This document shows positions 25,985-39,200 of a DNA stretch of 64,000 bases, one piece after another. The notes under the pieces are model-generated. The model worked only from the letters and a program-made list of their open reading frames with translations, did not search any database and had not been told where the DNA came from. Source of the stretch: Octopus vulgaris (taxonomy: Eukaryota). The position numbers and the translations under genes are program-made. The first letter of the stretch is position 1; each line of letters opens with the position of its first letter. The DNA lies in the NCBI GenBank assembly GCA_951406725.2, contig OX597821.1, positions 59,334,001 through 59,398,000 on the forward strand, given 5' to 3'.

Positions 25985-27060
25985 AAAATAGAGGTGCAGC
26001 AATATCAGAGGAAAGTTAACAGGGGAAAATAGCTTTTGTGTGTGGAAGATGCATAGGTAGAATAAACGCTAAATGTACAGAAAATAGACTCCATAAAATG
26101 CCAGTGGAGTAAGCTAGATATAGCTTCTGTTATCTAAGCAACCAAGTTAGTAGCAGAGGTGGATGCTCCGAGAGTGTAGCTATGAGAATAAGAATAGGCT
26201 GGACAAAGTTCAGAGAGCTCCTACCTCTGCTGGTAACAAAGGGCCTCTCTCTCTCTCTCAGAGTGAAAGGTAGATTGTATGATGCTTGTGTGAGAACAGC
26301 TATGTTACATGGCATGAAACGGGTTGTAACAGCTGAGGACATGTTTAGGCTTGAAAGAAATGAAGCCAGTATACTCCGCTGGATGTGCAATGTCAGTGTG
26401 CATGTACAACAATGTAAGCATCTTGAGACAAAAGTTGGGCATAAGTGGCATTAGATGTGGTGTGCAAGAGACGACTGCACTGGTATGGTCATGTAATGCA
26501 CATGGGCAAGGACAGCTGTGTAATGAAGTGCTGATCTCTGGAGGGAACCTGTGGTAGAGATAGACCCAGGAAGGCATGGGACAAGGTAGGGAAGCATGAG
26601 CTTCAAACTTTGGGCCTCACAGAGGCAATGACTAGTGACTAAGACCTTTGGCAATATGCGGTGCTTAGGACCTGTAAAGCAAAATGAAATTGTAGACATG
26701 GCTGATGCCACATAACTGGCATGTAAGAAGCACTTTTTGAGCATTGGCCCTCACAGAAGCAAAGTAATTTATGCTGGTGGCACGTGAAAAGCTCCTTTCA
26801 AGTGTTGGGCCTCATGGAGGCAATGATGAATGACTGAGATTTTTGGCATTATATTGTGCTTGAGAAGACCCATCAAGCCAAGTAAAATTGTAGCTGTGGC
26901 AGATACTGGTGTCACACAAATGGCACCCATTACACTCTCAGGAGGTTGGTGTTAGGAAGGGCACCCAGCTGTAGAAACCATACCAAATCAGACTGGAGTC
27001 TTCCAGACAGGTATAGGTTGTCAACCTATACCTGGATGGACAACGGACATTAAATGATGA
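25985..27060 (+). mobile_element. RTE-clade LINE 3' fragment (decayed)
   Basis: RIRIGWTKFRELLPLL...KGRLYDACVRTAMLHG; same 3' UTR as 34605-35643. Confidence 0.8.
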
Positions 27061-28293
27061 TCACCATTGTACCTTTATAAATTTCAACAGTTTAAGCTTT
27101 GAACATTTAGGATGACTATGATTAAAACACTGATGGAATGATGAATACTAATCTGAGTAAACAACCCAGCCTAACATTGATGCTGAATTAGTTTTTTTGT
27201 TTTTCCATACTGGAACTTGTAGATAGGTAAGTTCTAACAGCCACATGGCATCCAGTGTTCGCTACATCTTTGGATTAGTTTAGAGCATTTGCTCAACTAC
27301 TTCTAGGTCATACTTTTTTCCAAGCAAAGCTGATTGGAATTATTCATTAACAATTATTTTTCTATTATCTTTAAAATACCACCAAAATTTGCCGGAAATC
27401 TATTCTGCATTTATGAACAGAAATTTTGATATTTTAACTAAAGTAAGGCACATAACTCTGTGTGGATTTATAAAATAACCAAATGGAAAAGCAATTGCTT
27501 CAAAAACGCCTCCACACACACATACCACCCTGCGACTAGAAATTTAGAACTAAAATAGGAACCTCGCTACTCCAATCAACATCTAACTACTCTCATTCTG
27601 TGGGCTTGAATAAAAAATAGTTTTTAATGAAAAGGAATTTACATACTGTAAATAATTTACATTTGGTCATTGGAAGCAAAAATTTCTCATTCCGGTGTTG
27701 TCTGCTATAAGGAACAAAAATGTAGACAAATCACATCAGCTGAATTAGTCTATCACAGAAAATAACAAGCTTAATTAAAAAATAACTTTTAATATCTTAT
27801 ATAGAATGTAAGAGCTGAAACACAGCAATCAATTACCCGAAGCTGAATATATTAATGTGAGGAGTTGGCATAAGAAAAATATTGAAAGTCAGGAGTTTTA
27901 GGGGTAAATACCCTCATTGACATAACAGATGAATAATCTCTTATTATAAAAGGCAGATTTTATCTGCCTCCCTTTGGGAGTTATACAAATCTACAATATA
28001 GGATTTCTTCAATTACAATTTACCTGGCATTTTTAAGAGTACAATGTATCGCGTCATGCCAGCTCCAGTTTTTAAAATTTAAACTCCAATTAAGCAAAAT
28101 TTACAGAAAACTCACGTTCTGGTGTGTGTGTCAAATGCTTTTCTTAGTCTGGTTTACACCACACGCAAACGCACACACACACAAAGGGAGCGAATTGTTT
28201 CACTGACGCTATCACCCTTCTCCTCCTTTGTCTTTGCAAGTTTGCAGCTATTAAAGTGAAAACAGTGAATCCGACAGCGATAAAGAAAACGAA

Positions 28294-28560
28294 TTGGTAC
28301 CTGAATGGAGTGAAAATTTAAAAACTGTTTCTTTCAGTGAGTTTTCTGAAGAAACTGGACCAAGCCACAGACTTTCCCAGAAGAGTAAAGCCTTAGACTA
28401 TTTCTATTTACTTTTTCGAATGAGCCTATTTGAAATCATTACGCTAAACGTAAACAAACCGAAAGAAAGGATAGTTTGTTATTTCTCACAACCTTAAATG
28501 AAATTAAGGCCTATTTTGCCATAAATATTATTATGGGTATCAGAAAGTTACCCAGAATAA
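28294..28560 (+). pseudogene. piggyBac-like transposase N-terminal fragment
   Basis: FSEETGPSHRL...ALDYFYLLF, then after a frameshift TTLNEIKAYFAINIIMGIRKLP, resembling the DDE_Tnp_1_7 N-terminal motif (T..E.KA......MG..KLP). Confidence 0.65.
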
Positions 28561-29019
28561 CAAATTCTATTGTAAAATTTTGTTGTATACCCAATTGAAT
28601 ATTAGCTAATAACCCATTTTCTATAGCGATGTTTGAACAAAATTTTAATAATTTTACAGAAAGTTACCCAGAATAACAAATTCTATCGTAAAATTTTGTT
28701 GTATACCCAATTGAATATTAGCTAATAACCCATTTTCTATAGCGATGTTTGAACAAAATTTTAATAATTTTACAGAAAGTTACCCAGAATAACAAATTCT
28801 ATCGTAAAATATTGTTGTATACCCAATTGAATATTAGCTAATAACCCATTTTCTATAGCGATGTTTGAACAAAATTTTAATAATTTTACCCAGTATAACA
28901 AATTCTATCGTAAAATTTTGTTGTATACCCAATTGAATATTAGCTAATAACCCATTTTCTATAGCGTTGTTTGAACAAAATTTTTGTTAATTTTACAGAA
29001 AGTTACCCAGAATAACAAA
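28542..29019. repeat. 116-bp tandem repeat, ~4 units, inside the Helitron
   Basis: Unit agaaagttacccagaataacaaattct...ttttac starts at 28542, 28658, 28774 and ~28890 (small deletion), with a partial unit at 28997. Confidence 0.95.
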
Positions 29020-29960
29020 CGAGCCCTTCTGGGTATTAGCGCGCGTCTACGATGAGTCTACGATTTAAAAAAAAATTACCATCATTTTTTCCATTTTAAT
29101 GCATTTTTTTCGCTTTTATATAAGGGAAGTAACTCTCTAAAAATATCTACGATGTGTGAACGATTTAAAGAAAAATTTACCTTAATTTTTTTTCAATTTT
29201 TAATGCATTTTTTTGCTACTTTTTGGCTATAACTCTCTAAAAATGCTTATATAGTTATTTCCCTTACAACCCGAGCAACGCCGGGCGATACTGCTAGTTT
29301 AATATAAAGGGAATACAACAATGAAACCAAATATAGACATATTACAAAGTATACAATATCAACAGCAGTTGGAGCATCATAGTCTAAACCATGGACACAT
29401 TAGAACTTCACTGGGTTTCCAAAATAGCCCAACAAATGAGATCAGATGATGGACTCTAGAAGATTGTCTCCAAGATATTTTGCAGCATAAAATGCATCTG
29501 GATGAAAATGGTGACAATTTCATGTAAAAGATAATTTACCAAGATTCATTTGATAAAAATAAAACACTGTTGCAAGTGTTTTATGCTGCTAGTTGGTTAT
29601 TAAGAAGATAATAAATCTAATGAACAGTTTTAAAACGAGTAAACAAGCTTTGTTAAAACTAAATCATTAGATTTCACTTTTGACATTGTTAGCCATGAAA
29701 ACTTGGATGGAAAGCTGTTTTTCTACATCAGTTCAAATAAAAAGAAATATAGAACAGAAGTGTTACTTGATGGTTCCGTTTCTTCATCTAGCTGACATCA
29801 TTTTGTCCTTATCTCACTGGTGATATACATCTTATGTGATACATCTGTTAAAAAAAAAGTGGTGATAACAGCTAACAAAAAAGGAGCCAGAAGGGAGCTG
29901 TTAGAGAAAAACCAACCATCTAAGTACTTGGTTGACACTGTGACGTTCATGTAGCACAAT

Positions 29961-29966
29961 TTTATT
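29961..29966 (-). promoter_or_regulatory. candidate polyadenylation signal of LAMTOR3
   Basis: tttatt on + reads AATAAA on -, about 200 nt downstream of the LAMTOR3 stop. Confidence 0.4.
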
Positions 29967-30168
29967 TACAATATTAGATATGAAAAGAATCAAACTTAAA
30001 GCCAACAAAGATCAGCCAATAGAATATTTTCCTATCAATGACAGTTCCAAATCTCTTCTCTGATATTTTATCACAGTTTGTTATGTGTATTGTCCGATTT
30101 GTGGCACACAGAGAAGATGGACTGATATAACAAGAGGTCATGTCAGTTGAGGTCCAGCCAGTTGCACA

Positions 30169-30242
30169 TCAAACCAGAGTTAAAACAGCATCTAAATCTT
30201 TCAGAATTTCTTGCATTTCATTAGGGACATTTAAAAGCATTC
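30169..30242 (-). CDS. LAMTOR3: LAMTOR3 last coding exon
   Basis: ttgttgtag|GA ATG CTT...CTG GTT TGA; GMLLNVPNEMQEILKDLDAVLTLV*. Confidence 0.88.
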
Positions 30243-33200
30243 CTACAACAAATAAAAATAAAATTCAATAAGTTATAAAATCTTCAGTACATTTGATATT
30301 ACAAAATATACCATATTTACTTGTGTGTATGTTACACTATTTTATATTTGATTTTAACTTAAAAAATTTAGGGTGTGACTTATACACAAGTAAATACAGT
30401 AAATGCAATATTTAATATCAATGGTTACAACATCAAACAATATCAGTGAAAGTTTAATGACATCCACATTAACAATAATCCTTAAATGCAACATAAAATT
30501 AGCCTCAGATACAAATGCTGCAATATGTTGTTATAAAAAGAGTGACCACTAAATTCTACATTCTTCAGTTTACCCGAGGTAAAGTAGAATGATTTTTGAT
30601 TTTGCAAAAAAATAGTCTCTCTGTTTCTCAAAAGATTGTAGTGAGAGTATTCGCTAATAAAAAAAAATGTTTGATGCTAAACTCCTAAGTGAGCAACAGC
30701 ATTCCTCTGAACTGCAACAGTCCTTTACAAAAACTTGTTTCTGTAGCTGTGCCATGGTTCAGATCAAACTGGTGAATTCCTTGTTAGCACAATGGAATTT
30801 ACAATTATTCAAGAAACAAACCTATCCAACAGTGGACTATGTCATGCAAACATTTATTTTTCATTTAAGAAAATGCTAACTTAGCTTTTCAGAGTTTCAT
30901 TTTGCACAAGTTATTTACAGCCTTAGAAGACATCACAATCTACACAACTCTTTGAATGATTGCCCTCATAACTCGTCACAAACTATCAAATTACAGATTC
31001 CTTTTACAGATTATTACAACCAGTCACATGACGTGTGAGTTGCTGAAGATTTATCTAGCAGCAGCAAGACAACTTTTTGTCAGGAACCAATAGTTTTACA
31101 ACAACATAAAGGCATAGGCATGCCTGGTTAAGAAGCTTGCTTCTCAACTTTGCTGTCTTGGGTTCAGTTCTACTGCATTGCAACTTGGACATGTGTCATC
31201 TACTGTAGCCCAGGGCTAACAAAAGCCTTGTGATTAGATTTGATAGACAGAAACTGAAAGAAACCCATTATATATGTATGTGTGTATGTGCTCCACCTGG
31301 ATTGGTGGAAAATAAAGAAATATTGATATACTTATGTTGGAGTGTTGTAATCTAACACATTGTTTTCTACAAGATAAAAACCCAATTATTAAACCTACTG
31401 CCTCAAAAATTTATATTCATCCCTATTTTGACTATTACAGAACAATACAGTATATATTCTTTACAAACAGGTTTGTTAAAGTAGAGGCAGAAACATTAAT
31501 GATGAAGGAAAGGGCATCTAGCCATAGAAACCATGCCAAATCAGAGTGGAGGCTGACGCAGCCCTTAAACTTCCAGTCCAAGTCAAACTGTCCAACCCAT
31601 GGCAGCATGGACAACGGGCATTAAAAGATGATGATGATGATGACGTAATTTATGTAGAAATAAAAATTATTTTATCTATGGAATCTCCATCAGAAGCATT
31701 CTCTCTAGCATCTACACTCAATCAAAAGTTGTTTTAATGCATCCATCATTAGAAAATTACTATTTTAAAATCTCACGGGAAATGTTCAGCAACAGTACTT
31801 TGGAATAAAGATTGTTTGCCAACATAACATGGCAGTCCTGGTTTAGGATGAATGTTGCTGTAATTACAACAACATTCATCCTAAATCAGGACTGCCATGT
31901 TATGTTGGCAAATAATCTTTACTACATCTAACATGGGGAGGTTTGGTTAAAATGTTAAGTGATAAGCGAATCATCCTCATGCATTTTGTAAATGGAACGA
32001 CCGATTCATTGACAATTAAACCCATGGTCCACAGCAGTGAAGCTTCCACCATTATGTATTTTCTTGATCATCTCTACCTTTCCCGTAGAGAATATACTTG
32101 TCTGCATTATTTGTTAGGATCAGGTGCCTTTGTTTTTTTTTTTTCACTCATCCCATGTTGATGGTTTGAGTACCATAAATCTATATAAAAAATATGCAGT
32201 CACACAGCAGTCACGTAAACACAAGCAATGGACAGCGCATTCTGGGTAGCTGAGCATTGTAGGTGGTTGCTGGGATGCATTTTTGTGGTACAAGTAGAGT
32301 CCTTGATCACCAACCTGTGTTGTTAAAGAGCAAACTGTAACATGGTTCACAACTGAGTGTATCATGTTGTCCCATCCTTGATTGGTGATGAATGAATGAG
32401 TGATAAACAAGGCTACATGTATTAGTGGTTTTGGTTTTCAGAGATTAGTTTAAATAGTATTTTCTTTTAAAACTTAAGCAGGAGAGAGGTAATTGAATTA
32501 CATGAATAATAGTATACAAAAATTTGTAGTCATAGCTTAGGAGCTCACACAAGCAATGCACTCCATGTAACCAAAATTGTTAACTAATCAGTGAAGAAAC
32601 AAACAACTAAATAAGACTTGTATTGTGGATGGTACTTACCTGTGTTGGCATTTATAGAAGCAACAAGTGTAATCAAAAAAGGAAGGTGATTGATTTGGAT
32701 AATCTGAAAAATAAAAAGTATAACTTTGTCAATTTTGCATTTTGAGAAGAAATTGAAAAATTTAGTGTTTGTCAAAACTCAAGTTAATTCTAATTAAATT
32801 TAATTTAGATATTGAAATATTAAGACTACTAACATGGTTGAAAATCTTGCTTTCTAACCATGTGGTCTCAGGTTCCCACCCCGTGCATGACACTTTGGCA
32901 AGTGCCTTCTACTATAGTCTCAGGCTGACTAAAGCTTTGTGAGTGGATTTGGTAGACGGAAACTGAAAGAAGCCTGTTGTATACGTATATGTGAGTGTGT
33001 AGCCTTGTCTTGACATTGTATGAAGATTATACATGATTATCACCATTATACAAGTGATGTTGCTCATTTCCAGTCTTCCATGAAAAGCAGGTCTGGCGAT
33101 GGGGAATACTACCTTGCCTGGAAACAGGTGAGTGTTGGCAACAGGAAGGGCATCTGGCCATAGAATATCTGCCTCAACAAACTCTGTCTGATCCATGAAA

Positions 33201-36200
33201 GCATTGTAAAGTGAACATGGAATGATGAAAATGAATGAAATGAAGACAATTTCATTTTTGAAACATAACACAAAGTTTGCCAGGGGAAGGGAAAAAATTC
33301 AAGACTATTTAATGAGTTCTTATCGTGAAATGAGAAGAATAAACTTGTGAAGTTGAACATGAGAATCATAGCTAAATACAGGAGTGGAAGACAACTTACT
33401 TGACACGTTGTGTACATACTGATGACGGATCTATTTTCAGATAACCCTAACTTGCCTGCTTGCTCTGTGGCCAAGCCAAATGTGGAGAGGAAGTTCTGTT
33501 TCATTACCAACTCTGGAGCATTATCATCAGCAACTAAAATTATACAGTGTGTAGAACATGTTAACCAAACAATTGATATGCATTTAATGATGGACTGCTT
33601 TATACTTACTTTGACACATGCATTTAAATAGAATAAGGCTGGTTTTTAAATATATCTCTTACAGTTGATTATAGATTGGAGAAGCATAGTTAAACATGTA
33701 AGAGAAAAGACTAAGTAAGAATACCTTTTAGAACAGGGACACCATCTCTGTCAGTGATAATGATAGCATTGAGACCAGCAACACTAAAACACAATGAAAC
33801 AGATGCTATTAAGGTAAACAATATAGCTAGGATATTATCTATACAATAAATTTGATAGAGACATGTAAATTGTAGAGAATAAACAACTCAGAAATACCAT
33901 CCATATGAAAAAACACCAGTTAATATATTTTATGCAGGAACTGTGGAACATAAAAAACTGCCAACCAGTTTACATTTAATGATTCTTTTATCAGTAATTT
34001 GACAAAAATGAAAGATGCATTAAATACACAAAGCCTGTAACAAAAGGGGAAAAAAACAGGGGGGACTGTCATGGCTGGAATGCCTTTGATGTTAAATCTG
34101 CTCAATGGAAGCTGGGTGACCTGAGCTAAACAACAATGAAAATCTCTTCTTTCTACATGTAATTCCTCCACAAGATCCAGTCTTTGTTACAGTGTGGTGG
34201 CTTTTGTACCTCAATGACCCTGAGCGCTATATCAGCAGAGCACAAGCTGCTGGTAGGGCCTTCCAGGCTGGACAGGTCAAAGGATAGAGACCAGTCTAAT
34301 ATGGACCACCACTTCCCAGAGATAAAAGCAGACTTGTGCAAGGCCAACACCACTACCCAGAGAAAAAAAAAGTTACAGAAGCATCAACAACAATTCAAAA
34401 CAACAAGATCTGGGAAAGAAGCCCTTCTTTCAAGGCAGCCAGTGTTGAGAACAATAGAAAAAAAGTTAGGAAATTACTATTTGTAAATCTCACGAGAGAT
34501 ATTCAGTAACAGTACTTTAGAGTAAAGATTATTTCCCAACATAACCGTTGCTGAATATCTCTTGTAAGATCAAATAATAATTTTCTAATTTATAGATCAG
34601 TGACTAAATAGCTTGGGCAAAGTTCAGAGAGCTCTTACCTCTGCTGGTGACAAAAGGCCTCTCGCACAGAGTAAAAGGCAGACTGTATGATGCGTGTGTA
34701 CGAACAGCCATGCTACATGGCAGTGAAACATGGGCCGTGACTGCTGAGGATATGCTTAGCTTGCAAGAAATGAAGCCAGTATGCTCCGATGGATGTGTAA
34801 TGTCAGTACTCATACTCGTCAGAGTGTAAGTACCTTGAGAGAAAAGCTGGACCTAAGAAGCATCAGTTGTGGTGTGCAAGAGAGATGATTGCGCTGGTAT
34901 GGTCATGTGGCGAGAATGGATGAAGATAGTTGTGTGAAAAAGTGCCACACCCTAGCGGTTGAGGGAACCTGCGGAAGAGGCAGACCCAGGAAAACCTGGG
35001 ACGAGGTGGTGAAGCACGACCTTCGAACTTTAAGTCTCACTGAGGAAATGACTAGAGACCGAGACCTCTGGAAGTGTGCTGTGCGCGAGAAGACCCGGCA
35101 GGACAAGTGAGTCCATAACCCGTGGCCTTCTACATGGGATGGAGCCAGCCTACGTATGCATACCTTCCCTTCTTGGGACACAAAACTCTACTTGTGAAGA
35201 CCTGTTGAGGCAAGTGAGGATCAGAATCGAAATCAATCAATGAAAATTGCAGATGTGTTACCAGTGCTGGTGGCATGTAAGAGAACCATCCGTTTGCGAC
35301 CGTTGCCAGCGCCGCCCCGACTGGCCTCGTGCCGGTGGCACGTAAAAAGCACCATCCATTCGTGTCCGTTGCCTGCCTCGCCTGGCCCCCATGCCGGTAG
35401 CACATAAAAAGCACCATCCGTTCGTGGTCGTTTGCCAGCTCTGTCTGGCACCTGTGCGGGTGGCACATAAAAAGCACCCACTACACTCACAGAGTGGTTG
35501 GCGTTAGGAAGGGCATCCAGCCGTAGAAACACTGCCAGATCTGACTGGGCCTGATGAAGCCTTCTGGCTTCACAGACCCCAGTTGAACCGTCCAACCCAT
35601 GCTAGCATGGAAAACGGACGCTAAACGATGATGATGATGATGACTAGTTGTCACTTTGAAAACTATATATTTCAAACAGGAATTTGGCAGTGCCACCTCT
35701 AGCCGAACAATTATTCTGTGCTGATGAAGGGAAATAACCCAGAAATCGCAATACACAGATATTGTTTTGAGCTGAGTGGTGGTGCTAGATTCCCTTGTTT
35801 GAAAATATAAGGACACAGATTGTGTCGTATAGCAAGCTGGAGATGATGTCACCTAGGGCTAAATTACAGCAACATCCGTCCTAAACCAGGACTGCAATGT
35901 TATGTTGGTAAATAATCTTTACTCCAGAAAAAAAGTTGTCAATGGCCTATGCTCCAAAAGGATCAAAGGCCTGTACTTTTGGAAACATGCAACAGAATGT
36001 GCCATCCTGAAAAAGGTATTATCTTTAATCCTACTAACTATAAACCCTCCCTGTGTCCAGCATCTTAAAGGTTATGGTGACAGTTAACTTGAGATTCTCT
36101 CACAATTTAGTGACCACTAGTAAATCTCCATAGAGTCAGACCCACTAAGATATCTGCTAGCCTACATTATACATCAGCAGTCTATCACTCTTATGAACTT

Positions 36201-39200
36201 CAATGTTTACAATGTTGTTTTTCTTTGACCATGTCTGTTATGAGAACCCACTAGCAAAATTGCCTTCTCCTCACACCTCTGAGATCTTGGCTGAGAAGAT
36301 ATTTGCTTACCTATTATAAAGTACAGAATGTGTTGACAAGCTTTCCCAGGTACACATTCTGCTAATTCAGATGTATTGCAACTCAGTTATGCTCCTTATA
36401 TTCTATATTAATCACCTTCTCACTGGTTTTTTACCCCATTTATTCTCTAAAATAGTCAATAGCACTCTTCATCATTTATGAATATTATTCACATTCAGAC
36501 ATGAAGTAGTTCCATGAACAAAGTCCTGGAAAACATCTTCCAGTGGGAACAATAACAACCTGGTCTCCTTCAACAGAATGTAAACATAGCTACTACTACA
36601 CATAACAAAGCAGATAACACTACTCCCTTTCTGCTTATGATAGACTCAGATAAAACCCTTACACATCTCACAATCTCCGATGAAGTTTCATGGAGTTCAC
36701 ATTTCTGTAACACAGCCAAAACAGCACTTAAAAATCTAGATCAGTCATGGGCAAACTATAACCTGCAGGACTTTCTGAATGGTATGGTTAATGAAAAATT
36801 ACCATGAACTTCTTCTTAGTAGTGCAGCCCACCTGATAACAAACCATGGCTTAGCAGAAAGTCTTTTGAGGGCCACCTGTATACTTTATGCACTAATAGT
36901 CAAATAATCAAATTACAGAATCAGGAATTTTTCATACTTTTCATTTGTCTAAAATTATAAAATTGTAGGTTATTGCTTTATTGCCACCTACAAATTTTAA
37001 ATTTATTTTAAAACAGATGTTTTACACAAATAATTTTATTTTGAAATTAAACAATACTTAAAGAAAGTATCAAGTGGGCCACAAGATAAAAGCCTGCAGG
37101 CCTCATGTTGGCCAACCCTGGTCTAGACCTATGTTTCCCAACCTTTTTTGAATCATGCTCCACTTCAATTTTCTAAAATACTTGTGTGCCTCTACCATGA
37201 ACAAAGTATAAGGAATATATATATATATTCAAATGAACTTTTGATTAAAACTTTGTTGTAGTTATATTCACTTGTTGCATATTCCTCATTCTGAAATAAT
37301 CCACACTCACAAAATTATTCTTTTCGACTTTTTGGGAAAGGAGCCAGTCGATTAGATCAACCCCAGTACACAACTGGTACTTAATTTATCGACCTTGAAA
37401 GGATGAAAGGCAAAGTTGCCCTCGGCAGAATTTGAACTCAGAATGTAAAGACAGACGAAATAACACTAAGCATTTCGCCTGGCATGCTAACATTTCTGCC
37501 AGCTCGCCATCTTTTATTAGATTATTACCATGCCCCCCACCAATGAGATGTGCATCACTGCTTTGAGAAACACTGATCTGAACCTTCTCTCCAGAGCCCA
37601 AGTGTCTCCACACAAAATGAATGCTCATATATTCAGTACAGAAAAGCAACTACACATTTTAAACTGTATCTCAAACACAATACTTGCATGCTGATGTGCT
37701 ATGACTTTCATTAGTCTCTTCTTTACTACCCAAGTCCGAGATGTTTTGGCGCAGCCATTATGACCCTGCTTATTTAATGCCATATATTCGATGCTGACTT
37801 GACAGGAGACATTTTGTCCTCGGGACCATTTGGCACCTTGAAAATTTTGTTTTTATTCTAGTTGACAACTAACAAACTACTTGACTACTAAACTTTATTT
37901 AACTTACTGCTTTGCTTTATACACAAGGTGGTATCAAAAGTTTCTGGACTAGTTCTGTAGCACACCAACAGATGGCAGCACAGTAGTGACCTTCTTAAGG
38001 TAGTGTACCGAGTGATATTGCTGTTTACTTCACAAGTCGTGAAATTTGTGTTTTTGCAATCACGTGTATGCTGTAGTCTGCAATTTTGTCATAGATAGGA
38101 ACAAAGGACCAATGTGAAATTTTGTATTGAACTTGGGAAGTCTGCTACAGAGACATTGAGCATGCTTTGGCAAGCTTACAGGGATGAGGCAATGGGCCAT
38201 ACATAATGTTTCAAGTGACATGGGTGCTTCAAAAATGGAAGAATGTTCCTTGGAGACAATGAGTGATCTGGAAGACCTGCCACGAGTGTCACTCCTGGAA
38301 ATGTGGAGAAAATTCATCAGCTTGTGCATGAGGATTGTTGGAGGACAATCAACAACGTTGCTGATATTGTTGGTCTGTTGTGTGGGTCTGTGCAGGCAAT
38401 ACTAACATTTGAATTGTACATGCAGCACGTCTCTGCCAAGTTTCTTCCCTGCCTGCTGAGTAGAAAGAACATCGTGTTGAAGTCTGTCGAGATTTCCATC
38501 AGTGTGCCACTGATGACTACCCTTCATGTCGAGGGTCATTACCAGTGACAACAGTTGGGTCAATGGATATGACCCTGAGACAAAGCAACAGTCATCACAA
38601 TGAAAAAGCCTTTCATCTCCATGACTGAAAAAGGTAGGACAGAGCTGCAGCTCAATCGAGCATGCTCATTTTTTTTTTTGACATCCACAGTATTGTGGAT
38701 CAAGGATTCATCCCCCAGGGCAGACCATCAAGAGTTCTACTAAAACGTTTCGAAGCATTTGAGGGAAGACATTCAGTGAAAGCAACCAGAGCTGTGGAGT
38801 GTGAAATTGGATTCTTCATGATGACAATGCACCCTGCCGCCAAGCTCTCCTCACTCATGAGTTTCTTGCTAAAAATAACATTGTATTGCTTCCACACCCA
38901 CCCTATTTGGACTTCCATCTCTTCCCCAAGATAAAAAGACAGCTCAAAGGTTGCCGTTTTAACACCATTTTCAAGATCCAGATAAAATCGCAGAAGGTTC
39001 ACGACTTGCTTATTGAAAACGACTTCCAGGCCAGATTCCAAAATTGGCAGGAATGCTGAGACTGATGCTCTGCAAGATTACTATTTCGAAGGAAATGATG
39101 TTAAAACTTAGGTAAATAAGTTATTTTTTATTAAACATAACTAATTTGGGAATTTTTTTATATCACCTCATATAAATATCTGGATGCTTAAGGATCTTCT

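Larger units (their letters stand above)
27937..29297 (+). mobile_element. non-autonomous Helitron
   Basis: A|TC 5' end (tctcttattataaa); 3' imperfect GC hairpin cccgagcaacgccggg followed by CTAG|T; no TSD. Confidence 0.75.

Noticed and set aside
27135-27190. C/D-box snoRNA-like motifs (ATGATGA...CTGA...CTGA)
   Set aside because: Only ~50 nt, no terminal stem, no recognisable rRNA guide, and not within a supported intron
28542-29019. Regular repeat array resembling CRISPR
   Set aside because: The units are identical end to end with no unique spacers, there are no cas genes, and the context is eukaryotic; it is a tandem repeat inside a Helitron
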